From positions 5,208,001-5,272,000 of the forward strand of contig CAIIXF020000001.1 in the NCBI GenBank assembly GCA_903813345.2: 64,000 bases of DNA, read 5' to 3'. Made by a program: the position numbers and the translations under genes. This stretch comes from Owenia fusiformis (taxonomy: Eukaryota). The notes under the pieces are model-generated. The model was given only the letters and a program-made list of their open reading frames with translations, ran no database searches and had not been told where the DNA came from. Of this stretch, positions 47,889-59,777 are shown one piece after another. Every line of letters begins with the position of its first letter. The first letter of the stretch is position 1.

Positions 47889-50339
47889 AGTAATATAAAG
47901 ACCTCAGACAAAAATTTGCGTGCGTGTTATTTGGAAAAAGGAATAACCTCAGTAACTTAAAATCATGATGGTCATTTCGAAAAAGCTCTTACAGACGTAA
48001 TCAAAAGCTAAATTTAGTCTCCTGTTTAAAAAGCCCTATTCTTCACTAAATAGGTTAGATTCTAGGTTTGCTCAGTAACGTATTTCTCCTACTAACAAGA
48101 ATGACCAGAATAGTGGAACCATTTCTAAAAACAAATCTTAAAAGATACTTCTGGTGGAATGCGCATCGGTTTCTTTACGAAAACTAAGACTTTACTTCAT
48201 CATCTAGCTTAGGCACATTTTATTTTGCTCGTACAGTGCTAGGTTTTTATTTTATTAGGCAAAAGGTAACGGTTTAAAATAGAAAATGGAATTTCATTGC
48301 CAAAAAAACGTTGTAGAAACGAACGTTTTGATAATACAAATACAATATTTCAGGATGTTAAAATCCACCTCATTCTAAAAAAATGTGTCTAAATTCCATG
48401 GTGATCAGAATAAAAAAAGTTAGAAACTTCTAAAAAGCTCTCCTATCAATCCTTCTCTTTTACATTTCTTCGTAGGAAGAGAAGAAGTAATATTAGGGAA
48501 CTTCAGCTTGCATGTAAAATTGAAACGCCAACCTATGTGTTGTTCCTTACCGTAACCGAGCATTATACCATCTACATTGATAGTTTGTAAAGTTTGAACT
48601 AAAAAATCACGGTCAAGTTCACTGTCTAGGATGTTGTTACAGACATTTACATATAAACATATCTAGAAACTAGATCAGATCTTTCTGAAACGATGAAAAC
48701 ATCAGTTTGCTCAAATGTCATCAGGTCATCTGTTGCACAGTGTGCGTTCACCTGAGTCACGCTTAATTTGGTATCGACCCTGTGAAAATAGGACCCGGTC
48801 CATTCATTTTCAAAATTAAACTAGTTGAAAGACTTAACAAATATAGTTAAACAAGGCGAAAGGAATATAAATACATTAAAATGCCTTAAATTTGTATATA
48901 AGAGTCAAAATGAATAAATATTTTGCTTTTCAACATTATTTATAATGTATGATGTTATAAAGTAGGCCATGTCATAGTAAAAGGGGTACTCTTGGAATGA
49001 TTAATGCAGTCTAATATAAATGTATCCTCCAAAACAGATGTATTGGAGAATTCATGATTATTGGACACCCTCTTCTGGAAAAACCATATTAAATGAAGCC
49101 ACAAACTTTGTCCTATAGTGAGGGCATCGGAGAAGAACTGTACATGTAAAATTGTATGAACGTATCTCGCCCATTTCTTAAGTTATCGCTTTTGACAAAG
49201 GGGTTGTTCAGAATAACTTGCGGATAATAATTTCAAACGACAACGTTGAATCTATTTACATTTTTATTTTTACAATTCGATACTAATGTCCAAATGGAAC
49301 ATCTTTCTGGTTTGTTTGATATACACAAATGTGATAAATAATATCTTATTTGAAATTTAACCAGACTTACTGAACGATTAACGAAAATATATTTTTTATT
49401 CCTTTGAAAATTGCTCAGGTTACGAAATACCAATATCGTTCCAATGATGCCACTTACGAATTTATAAAATATAATGTGTTTCCTCTACAATTCAAGAAAA
49501 AAATCGTCATATGAATATTTTTATTTTCGAATTTTGTATTTTTGAAATATCAATTATCGTAAATTGGCCCACAAATACATTGTAATCATGCACCCTTGTA
49601 GGCCTACTATGTAATCTAATGATTGAGGACTCGGATTGAGGACCCCTTGTTGCCCTTATTGCATTACACGATCTCATATGAGCTGCTCACACGCATGGTT
49701 AAATAAGTACAAAATACAACTAATTATGGTCAAACGCAACAGGTTGACATTTTACAGCTCAATCTTTGTGGGAAAACTTACAAAATGTTGTCCATTTCAT
49801 AGACTTATAAGCAATCAGAATAATTACCATTAATTGTGCGAATAATACAATCTGTCGCTAGATAACTACCAGCAATAAGGATCAAAGCCGCGACTCTCAT
49901 CGGAAATACTATATATGGCTGTTTCGGTAAACTACTTTATCCCATACTTAGTAGTGTTAATGGTAGTTAACATGTGGGAATATAATTGATATCTGAAGTG
50001 AGCGGGTGATATATATATATCTCCCGCTGAGGTGATATATATATCATCCGCTCATCAGCAATTCTCGGGAACTTGTACGGTGTCACTATTAACCAATTTG
50101 AAGCAAAGGCAATGGTGTAGATTTGATGTAGGTTCTTTAAAAAGATAATCTGAGGAATACATTTAGGATTTCATTTTTGATTTTGTGTATTCGTTTAGAC
50201 AGACATTTAACTTTCTAATAACGAACAGTGCTCGATTTTTTGTAGTCATTCTACCCATATAATTGGTCGGTTGGAAAATGTTGTTTTTTACACATTTCCA
50301 TTGATCATTTCCTCCCCTGTCGTCTAAGAGTGTCGAAGT

Positions 50340-50660
50340 GGGGAAGCTCTAGCCATTTTGAGATTGCAGAAGGTATTGCTGAGGATGAAAATCTAGCAGA
50401 ATTTAGTCTAATGGGCATTTTGAATGGATCAATGTATCTTAAGTCTCTATTCCTAACATTGCTAAACTTATCAAAAATGTCTGTGATATACATGTATGTA
50501 GGGCTTATGCCATTGGCAATTTTGAACAAAAATTATTTGATTGTATTCTACGTCTGGATTCAAGTGTTGGCCAGTTTAGGAGGTTAAGAACCTTTTCTGT
50601 ACTGCTCCCTTGGATGCAGCCAGAACAGTAGAGTGCCGCTGTATAATATAGACTAACGAG
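50340..50660 (-). pseudogene. CR1/L2-type LINE ORF2 C-terminal relic
   Basis: Frameshifted translation YTAALYCSGCIQGSSTEKVLNLLNWPTLESRR / LFKIANGISPTY...RFSSSAIPSAISKWLELP fits the typical post-RT CR1 motifs (W.TL..RR, FKI.NG..P.Y, S..PS.I..W..LP). Confidence 0.75.
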
Positions 50661-52709
50661 TCTTCTCAAAAGAAAGAAGGAGGGAAATTAGCGCAGATTT
50701 CGGACAGTCATATGTTGGATTTTGGTCATTTTCTGAGGATTTAAACGGGTGCATATTATGTTAGGCCAAAGCATTACCTCCAGGAAAAGCAATTCTAGAG
50801 ATGATAAAACAATTTCGACTTTGAGACAGGGTAGATGCAAACAACCCACCCACATGTATTTTCTGAAATGTTTTCCTGATTTTCAACCGCTTCCGTCTCT
50901 GCTTTTTTAAATTTTTCTTGCATCAATATGTTGCGTTTTGACAAACAGTAATGTGTTAACCCCTTTAAGGGAATAAGTAATTCCTTTTCGATAAAGTGGA
51001 AAACAATATTTTCTATGTTATTTTCTCATGGGGAAAACTGATGCGATCAATTGCTTTCAGCTAATTTTGGTCACCCATAATGGATATCTTTAAAACCCCT
51101 AAAGGAATCACTTTAAGTTGTTAACTGTGTGTCAAAACTCAACATATCGATACAACAAAAATTGAAAAAGCAGGGGTGGAAGGGGTTGAAAATCAGAACA
51201 ACATTTCAGAAAAAACATGTGAGTTGGTTGTTTGCACCTCCCCTGTCTCAAGTCAAAATTATCATCTCTATGAGTGCTTTTCCTGGACAGGTAATGCATT
51301 GATCTTACATGCACCTGTTTAAATCCTCAGAGAATAGCCAATCCAACATATGACTTTCCGAAATCTGTTGCGATACTTTCCCTTCTCCTTTAGAAGCTGT
51401 GAGACAAAGCATGTGGGTGGGTTGTTTGCATCTTCCCTGTCTCGGAGCCGAAATTATTTTATCATCTCTATGAGTGCTTTTCCTGGAGGTAGTGCATTGG
51501 CCTAACATATGCACCTGTTTAAATCCTCAGAAAATAGCCAAAATCCATGGTATGACTGTCCGAAATCTGTTGCGATCCTTTCCGTCCTCCTTTCCTACTT
51601 CTTGGTGGCAAGGATCTGCAGATCTGACAAATGAAATAGAAAACAATTCCAATATTTTATATTTTCAAAGCAGGTTTATATACACTAGATGCGAAAAGAA
51701 ATAACTTTGGTTTACTTCTTTAAATATTCAAAATTTAGTCAAAATGAGCATTCAATATGAATTCAGTTATATTTGGAATCTACATGTAAAATTACATCTA
51801 GAAATGTGGTTTTGAAAAGAGTTTATCAAAATTGAAAATTCAATTTTCTTTGAAAATGTGACTGCTAGGTCGGGGAAATTCACCCTAGATCCCATGTTGT
51901 AAAATCACAAAAAAGTGAAATATCTTATCTTGTATTGGGCAGGAAATCTTTTCTTTTACTGGACATTTTGTTTGTATATATAATTTGTATAACTATCAGA
52001 TACATTAGGGTAATATGAAAAGAGAAGCACTAAAACTGATGATTATTCAAGTTTAAGGGAATTTTGTTATACCCTGCAATGTTATTTCACCCGAATCAGC
52101 CACCTGGTGGCGAAAGTGGTTTACTACCTAATCGCATCTGAGTAATTTTAATAATCATATAATTAAACATACGATAACAATATTTCAAGTTCAGCGCACC
52201 AAATGGGGGACAGACAGGCAGAAAAATACTTTCACTAATTATGACTAAATGACTATGACTAATTCCATATTGTAAGTAGAAATGTTCTTTCCGGGCGATT
52301 ACACCGTGAATATGGTGTAAGTTTATTAATGAATCTTAGGAAATGAGAATGAGTATTTATGATTAAAATAACTTATCCCAAGGCATAACGTAACACGATG
52401 TTGAATCACACTGCCAAAGTGTTTAACACCCTAAAATGCTACAATTACGATGTTGAAATTGAGATTGATCTGTGTGTTTTGTAAAGAGGCAGGTGTTTTT
52501 CGAAACTTTCCCACGAAATCTAAAAAAGTTGTCGTATTTGTTTTTAGTTTCTTCCCTAGCTTGGAGTTTCACCTGTCGCAGCGGCTAATGCCCCTTATTA
52601 GGTCCTATTCGTAATTTCAAGGTGAAATTCCTAAATAGATATTTGACAACAGTACTGTTGTTTTGGGCTTATGATTGTTCAAGCAATGGTAAAGATGGCG
52701 CCCTATAAA

Positions 52710-53104
52710 CACTGTTCCACAACTAGTTTCTTTGACGAAACGTCAATGTAACGAAATGGATGAATTTCCTATATACGATTTTTCTGCTCTCTCGATTTAA
52801 ATGTACGTATAAGTCATGTTGCGTATTATCATTTGGCATAAAGTTAGACAATATAGTCTACCTTTTAGGAATGCTCTCGATTTGGAATTTATTATTTATG
52901 AACTTATTAAAACTAGACTATATTTTCTAACTTTGTGCCAAATTATAATCTGCAAATTGACTTATAAGTAGATTTAAATCGAGAAAACAAAAACTCGTAA
53001 TAACCAGGAAGTTTATCCATTTTTTACACTGACGTTCCGTCAAAAAAAGGATGTCTATTTCGAAATAGACGCCATTGGTCAAAGTAACTAGTTGTGGAAC
53101 AGTG
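52710..53104. mobile_element. Foldback MITE with CACTGTT termini and 5-bp TSD (Transib-like)
   Basis: TIR CACTGTTCCACAACTAGTT; TSD ATAAA at 52705-52709 and 53105-53109. The interior is an imperfect palindrome related to ~40015-40170 and ~2740-2900. Confidence 0.85.
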
Positions 53105-54827
53105 ATAAAGCGAACAATCGACGCATATGGTGATAAACTCTGATAAACGAATACATCCTCTGGCCATAATTGAACATAATTGAAACCAACCTATCTACCA
53201 AACGTAAGTTATAGTCCTACGTTATCACAAACAGCGGCTGTTTTGGTGGGATATGAACTTGTACAAATGCGCTATACAGTCCAAATACCAACAAAGGTCT
53301 TTAAGATCGTCTGGTGTCACGGTTGCAGCGAAGGACTCTTGATAGCAATTGTAGTCTATAGTGACATTAAGCAGAAAAGCTCTTTTACATTTTAAGGAGA
53401 CAAAATCAAACTAATTGATGACAATGACATCTAGAATTCTATTGATCAGTTGATAGTTTGCGGCAATGTATGCGAAGCAGAAGGGTCGCGAATAGATAAG
53501 TGGAAACAGTAGCTTGATAATGCCAGTCGCTTAGCACAAAATAAAAGACATGAAAGATGCATATTAAATTTATATCATTTTTGTAGTTTATTTTTTTCTT
53601 CCTCTGTTTCTTTTCATTCATATGCGTGTACAATAATATACTCTGCTTTAAATACAAAATATTCTTCGATTTTCCACACAAGTTACAAGTTAAATAACTT
53701 AACAAGTTGAATTTTTATCTAAAATTAAAAATATCTTTCCACTTATTAAAAACATTGTCGTTGCAATATTTAAAACAAATACTGTTGGTAGTAAGCTTTG
53801 CAGCTCTGATATGTTTTGATCAATTTGATGACAGTATGATGATAAAATTACATGAGGGTCATTTACAAATGATGTTTATGCATGACAACTATTTACAAAT
53901 GAGAGTATGACCATTGAGATGATGAAAATGATTAAGACTAGATAAAAAAGGTTGCCTGACTTTTGACAACCAAAACAATTTAAAGTCTCCAGATCAGATG
54001 TTTAGTAAGGAGAGTCTTAAAATGTGAGATCAAATTATGAAATCTCATAGATAACCATTCGTTGATTATTTAGCAACGTGTGATATATCCATCAACCACG
54101 GCCTTAAGTGTGGGGACGCCACGATGAACTGACACATCTTTGCTCGCCAACGCTATCGCCATATGCTGAGCGACAGCGTCTGATTGAAGAATGTTTAAAA
54201 TATGTATCTGGCATGTAGCTATGTCCATATGGTCGTTTTCTGTGTATCCCCCGCTACTGTCACATAGTGCTTAAAGTCCCATAACAACAAAGAGTTCGCA
54301 CAAACTGTTGGATCGGATTGAAACGTAGATCCTTTAGTATAATAAACTCTGATGGAGCTAAATGTCACATAAATTGCCGGGTCTTTGCCTATCCCCACTG
54401 ATGGCTGCCTGCATACCAAATATAGCAGTAATTTGGCTTATCTGCATCAGCTCCTTATTGAAGCCATATAGAAGCCTATAGTCATCGGGAACATCTGCAA
54501 ATACAAATGAATCACTTAATTAGTTGGGTGTCATGATTTTGTAAATTTGTACTGTGACATGTAATCCTTAAACTGATTAATTAGTCTAAATTGCAAAATG
54601 ATATAAGTTTGTTATCAAAGTTACTATCAAAGTTTGAAAACAATCTAAATTGTATATCTCTCTACTGTGTAATTTGTGTAATTCGCTAGTTAGGTTACAT
54701 GCATTTGTTTCTATTATTTGTTTAATTACTTGTTTTTGACTTTCTCCATTACATGATAAAGATTATTTATAATGATGAACTTGTAATTACCATGTGTCCA
54801 TGTTAACTAGAGGCAGCTTTAACACGT

Positions 54828-54872
54828 TCATCGAGTACAGCAGTCAGAAACATCCAATCTCTGGAATTGTGT
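54828..54872 (-). CDS. Id: Id exon 2 coding part (TQFQRLDVSDCCTR*)
   Basis: tgtttcag acceptor, phase 0, TGA at 54828-54830. A donor at ~54790 and an acceptor at ~54495 suggest a further UTR-only exon, as in vertebrate Id2/Id3. Confidence 0.6.
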   Translation of the reverse strand, partial: TQFQRLDVSDCCTR

Positions 54873-55478
54873 CTGAAACAATCAAAAAAGAACCATATAA
54901 ATACAAGTTTATCGATTTCTATAAATAATGAATAGAGACATCAGTGCTTATCAAATTGTGGAACAATGGCGTGAGAAAGTTAATGGCATTGCATCAGGAA
55001 ACAATAGCATGTTATCAGGTTTCAGCATATCTTGAGTGTAAAAGAAATAACCAGATTGAAAATTCTTTCAAAGGGGAAGTAAGCAAAAAGGGTGAACACT
55101 AAGATAATTAATGTGAAAGCTTTTAGAGTGCGATTACCGCAGTACGAAACCATTGTAGGTATTAGGGAAAGTCAGGCGTATTGATTCATCCAGGCTTAAT
55201 CCTTCTCTTCACTAATTAATGAATATCAAGGAGACACACCTGGGCTCGCAATATGCCATGTTTAATTCAGATTGCAGGTGCCATTCACTCAAATAATTTA
55301 ACAATTATAATCACACCAACGTTCTAAGCCAATTCCATACACGGAAGCAAGGTTTACAAAAGGTACATTATCCTCCCCCTACTATCCAGTGTATTCTACA
55401 TGCTTTATAGAACAGACACAGTAAAGTATAATATATGTAGATGTATAACAACTAAATTATATAACTATTATTGCTCAC

Positions 55479-55787
55479 CTGTAAAATTTCGTTGCTATTA
55501 TCAGATAGTGGCATTCTTGTAGGTGTCTTCGTTATTGTTGATTGGTGTGCTGGTTGAACGTTTAGGGTCAGCTCTAAATCCAGAATGTAGTCTATTACGT
55601 GCTGTAGCACTTGAGTTTTCGACACCTTCTTTGCGGAAGGGATGGTGGGTACCAAATCCTTGAGCTTCATGAAGCAAGCTTGAATCTCATCCTCTAGATT
55701 TCCCGATTTGCTGAGTTTAGCTACTTTGGTAAAGTCTCCACGGAGAGCAAACTCTGATATGATGTTGCTTCTGCTTTGTGCCTTCAT
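55479..55787 (-). CDS. Id: Inhibitor of DNA binding / extramacrochaetae HLH protein, exon 1
   Basis: HLH lacking a basic region: EIQACFMKLKDLVPTIPSAKKVSKTQVLQHVIDYILDLE, followed by R.PL motif. CAG|gtgagc donor at 55478. Confidence 0.93.
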
Positions 55788-55894
55788 GGTTGTTGTTGAA
55801 TGATGTGTAATGAAATCTTACTATATACTGATGATATCAAATACGTGTTACTCCTGTGATAGAATAATGTGAACTGATGTGAAGTGGAGATGTG

Positions 55895-56010
55895 TTGATT
55901 TATATAGCAGCCGATCACCAACTAAGCACCGCCCCGTGATTTATGCCTTGTAAACACAATAAAGCTACTATTGTTATGACTGACATTGATTACACTTTTT
56001 AACCAATCAG
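55895..56010 (-). promoter_or_regulatory. Id core promoter (TATA box, GC box, CCAAT)
   Basis: TATATAAA on the minus strand at ~55899-55906, CCGCCCC at ~55928, CCAAT at 56003. Confidence 0.7.
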
Positions 56011-56339
56011 CGCGCTGTATTAGTTGTTGATATGTCAATCATAATTAACCCCAGGGTGCTGATCTCACAAGTTGAAAAAATGTTCTATGTGTTTTACTGA
56101 ATACAATTGTAGATTACTGCAATGCATTTACTAACATATTGAGTTATGAAGTCAAGTGTTGCAAATTCGACTGTCACTACTTATTTTTGTTGGAAGTTAT
56201 AATTTCATCCTAAAGTCATGCGTTTCTTTGTAAAACGGGAAAATGTTTCCAATTAGGGTTAGTCCAAATTTGTGTATTTTTCTCATGGCAAAATTTGGCA
56301 AGTGATTAATTATGGAGAACGACCCCTTTTCCTCTCAGC

Positions 56340-56412
56340 TGGTCCCGCCAGGACGGCGCCAGTTTCGTGACGTCATCCATTCTACACTATGAGCCGGCGC
56401 CGGCCAGGCGGT
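56340..56412. promoter_or_regulatory. Id proximal BMP-responsive element (Smad1/5 GGCGCC x2 + CRE)
   Basis: GGCGCC(56355-56360)-AGTTTCG-TGACGTCA(56368-56375)-TCCATTC...GGCGCC(56396-56401). Same order and spacing as the vertebrate Id1 BMP response element as I recall it. Confidence 0.8.
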
Positions 56413-59400
56413 TGATATAGCAACAAGCCTGTCAATCATGACTTACTTCAAATACACCGCTCTTTACTTACTGATAAACGGTATTAGAATTCGTCACCTT
56501 CGGCTTGTTGATACTTAGCACATGCACACCTGCAAAATATATACGTACATATGTAGACTTTAGTGTACTTGTATTGTTTTGATACTTTATATCGTGGCGC
56601 CGGTAACTCAACAGGGATTAAGAAAAATAAATAAATCTGTAAACCAGACTGACTGACTTCCTAGTTCCTTATCCACCTGGATTTGTAAGTTTTGTATGGA
56701 TTTTGCAAACATTTGATTTTAAGTCATCTTTATCAATGACTGTTATATGGACACAACTCTTTTAATCAGCCATCCAGGGACCTCAAAATGTCACATTAAC
56801 AAACATATTATACATGAATGTTCCATGGAGGATTTATTGAACTAAATATTTGGAAAATTGGCCGCAATTTTGGAAAATTGGCCTATTTTCGAAAAGCGGG
56901 CAAAATTTTCCCACCCACCTCTATCAATGACTCTAGTTCGATTCCTGATGTTATTGTGTATAAAACATTGTGCAACCCCTTTTTTTAATTTTAAGAAGCC
57001 GGGTACTCATCATTATGATTAATACAGAATATCACATCATTTTGAGTGATATCATTTTATCGTCGAGTTGATATCAAATATCAACACGAGTGAGCGAAGC
57101 GAATGAGTTTTGATATTTGATATCTACGAGGCGATAAAATGATATCACGAGGAATTATGTGATTTGTGATGTTCTGATCCAATTTCCAGGACATTGGCAG
57201 ACAATATAAACTAGAAATTAGAATATCAATTGAATATTTGAAACACTTTATTTTAACAATTAAAAGTAAATAAAATGAACATGTAAACATTGTTTTTTGT
57301 CAGTTTTATGTCAGCTTCACAACCTTTAATATTATTGTGACTGTGGAAATGTCCAAATGTGATATCACACGGATATGCGTGAGATAAACGATATCATACG
57401 CATATGAGTTTGATAAACGATTTTCTGGAAAATATCACACGGATTTCAATAATATCAGAAATATCAATAGCTGTTATTGTACAGATAACACATTAATCGT
57501 GGGATAAACCATGATATCTCATTTGTTCCCAGTCCTGAGATGCCATGAAATAATGAGCTCGATTTGGCGATCCAAGAGAGCCTAAAATAGAGGATTTTTG
57601 AGATTTTTCATCCCAGCTCATATTTCATCTTATTGGGGTAATTTGATCAGATCTCACCCATAACATCTCAGAAATATAATTTGTGACAGTTTATATTATA
57701 TCTGTACTGAATCTAGTAGTTTCTTTTATCAAAACAACCTTGAAAGGCATTAGCAGACCAGTATTGAAGTATAGTTCAGATTTATATGCTATACTGGGCG
57801 ACAACACCTTTTTTGCCAAAATTACACAAAAAAAATGGAAGGTATCAAAACAGATTTTAGACAGTCATATGTTCATTATCTCTGAAAGGCACGCCATTGT
57901 TCCGAATCCCAATCGTCCAAATCCCATTCATCCGAAACCGAATGATTCAAAAATTAACAATTGTCTGTGTGATATTTTCGAAGAACCACATGGAAATAAC
58001 ATGATAGAAGGACTTTGATTAATGTTTTACTCTTAGCTTGAAAAACCTGCATTCAATTTCGTTGACCAAATCTAAAATCTTTGCAAATGACGTTTCTCTC
58101 TTTATGGATACGTATAGGGCATAGGGGGATACGGTAAACACGAAAATGAGGAGGGGGTACGGTGAAACTGGGGCTTTTGTATATGTTGTAACTGCGTTCC
58201 CTCGGGAAATATTGATATCATCCTTGTGATATTACTCATATCAAATCACGACTGGTGAATAACCTCTTTTTATCCTATACTTAGTAGTTATTATAGGTTA
58301 ATAACACGCGGGAGTAAAATTGATATTTGAGGTGAACGGGAAATCTCACTGTATCTCCCGGTGGATCTTTCTCTCAGCAATTCCCTGGAATTTCGTTCGG
58401 AGCATTTTCGTATACCAAGTGTAGGATAAATCAGTTATTTAATGATCATTTTTGGATACAAAGTATAACCCTCATAATTTATCTATATATAATGTTTCTC
58501 CCTCAGGATATACAATGTATCCAAAACTGACCTCTCCCGAATAGGCCCCGTTTATCTTGAAACGGGGTATATCGAATATAGTGTCGTTTATCCTATGACT
58601 AATGTTTTATGATACAGGGCTAATAGCTATTCTCAGATGCCTAGCCGGCATCTCGTGCACATGATACCAATGCACTCGTGTTTAAGGATTATTGCATTGG
58701 TCACATCTGTGGATTAGCTGATTTGCAATTTGCACTGTTTCTCTGATTTACAACAATCAAAATTTGGTCGCAGGCCGGTGTTAAGTTAATCCTTTTCAAG
58801 CGGCGCATGTTATATTTTCTTATCATTTTCAGCAAATGTTGAAATATAGACGTGTAGGTTTTTCCCATGGACTATGTGCATTTGGCGGCAGGTGAGTTGA
58901 TGCACTGCCATTTTCTCCATCTGCTTACTACACACACAACAATGGGTCCTTCGTTCTGAGAACGCATCTGTCCTCCATTTCCCACACTAACAATCCAGCC
59001 TCAATGTCCGGACCAGACTGAGTGAGGGATGGCCTCTCTCAATCTATGATAATATTCACTAAAACCTATGTTTAATTTTGATAAGGAAAATTAAATCCAA
59101 TTTTATTTGCATGTTGATCTTTTCTTTTATTTAGAAAGTTAAAAGTTTGCTGAAGTTTCTTCTGGCAGGTCGCGTGCCTCTATGTAGCATTAAACAGAGG
59201 CGCGTGCCATTTCAATAGACATTTAAAGGTAGGAGGGATTTGGCTCTATTCAGCCTTTGTTCAGTATACAATATGGTTACTACTAGTCAATAGAAAAGTG
59301 TGTCGTAGTATTTTGATACTTCAGATTGACCATTCACAAAAGTGATATTCCCCATATATACAAAACTCTCCGTGCATTGCAAGTTATGTGTAGCTTCATT

Positions 59401-59603
59401 CAAAAAACGATGTATCCAGGTATCATTCAAGTTCATAACAATCGTTAAAAGTTAGACCGCTCGGCAACTTGTGACACGTTTCAAGAACTGATAAAAGTGA
59501 GATCTGATTTGGGCTTTCATAACCTACATGTATTTTTTCGTGTCTGTGTCATAGTTTTGAGACAAATTGTAAATTGTAACTATATATAAATATATACGAG
59601 GGT

Positions 59604-59777
59604 CAGGCTTGAGCCAGTGCCCCCCCCCCCCCCACTGGCCAAAATATCTTTCAAAATCATGCAGTTTTCACCATTCTGAGCACTTTTTAAGCGATTTTGG
59701 CCATTTTTAGACCAAACTTGTCACAAGTGAACCCCCTGGAATTTTTCAAATTCCTGGCAAATCTGGCTACGGGCCTG
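59604..59777. mobile_element. hAT5-like MITE
   Basis: CAGGCTTGAGCCAG ... CTGGCTACGGGCCTG; TSD AGGGT on both sides. Confidence 0.75.

Noticed and set aside
55452-55478. Id ORF continuing to the stop at 55452
   Set aside because: A strong CAG|GTGAGC donor at 55478 indicates this part is intron, although intron retention cannot be excluded.
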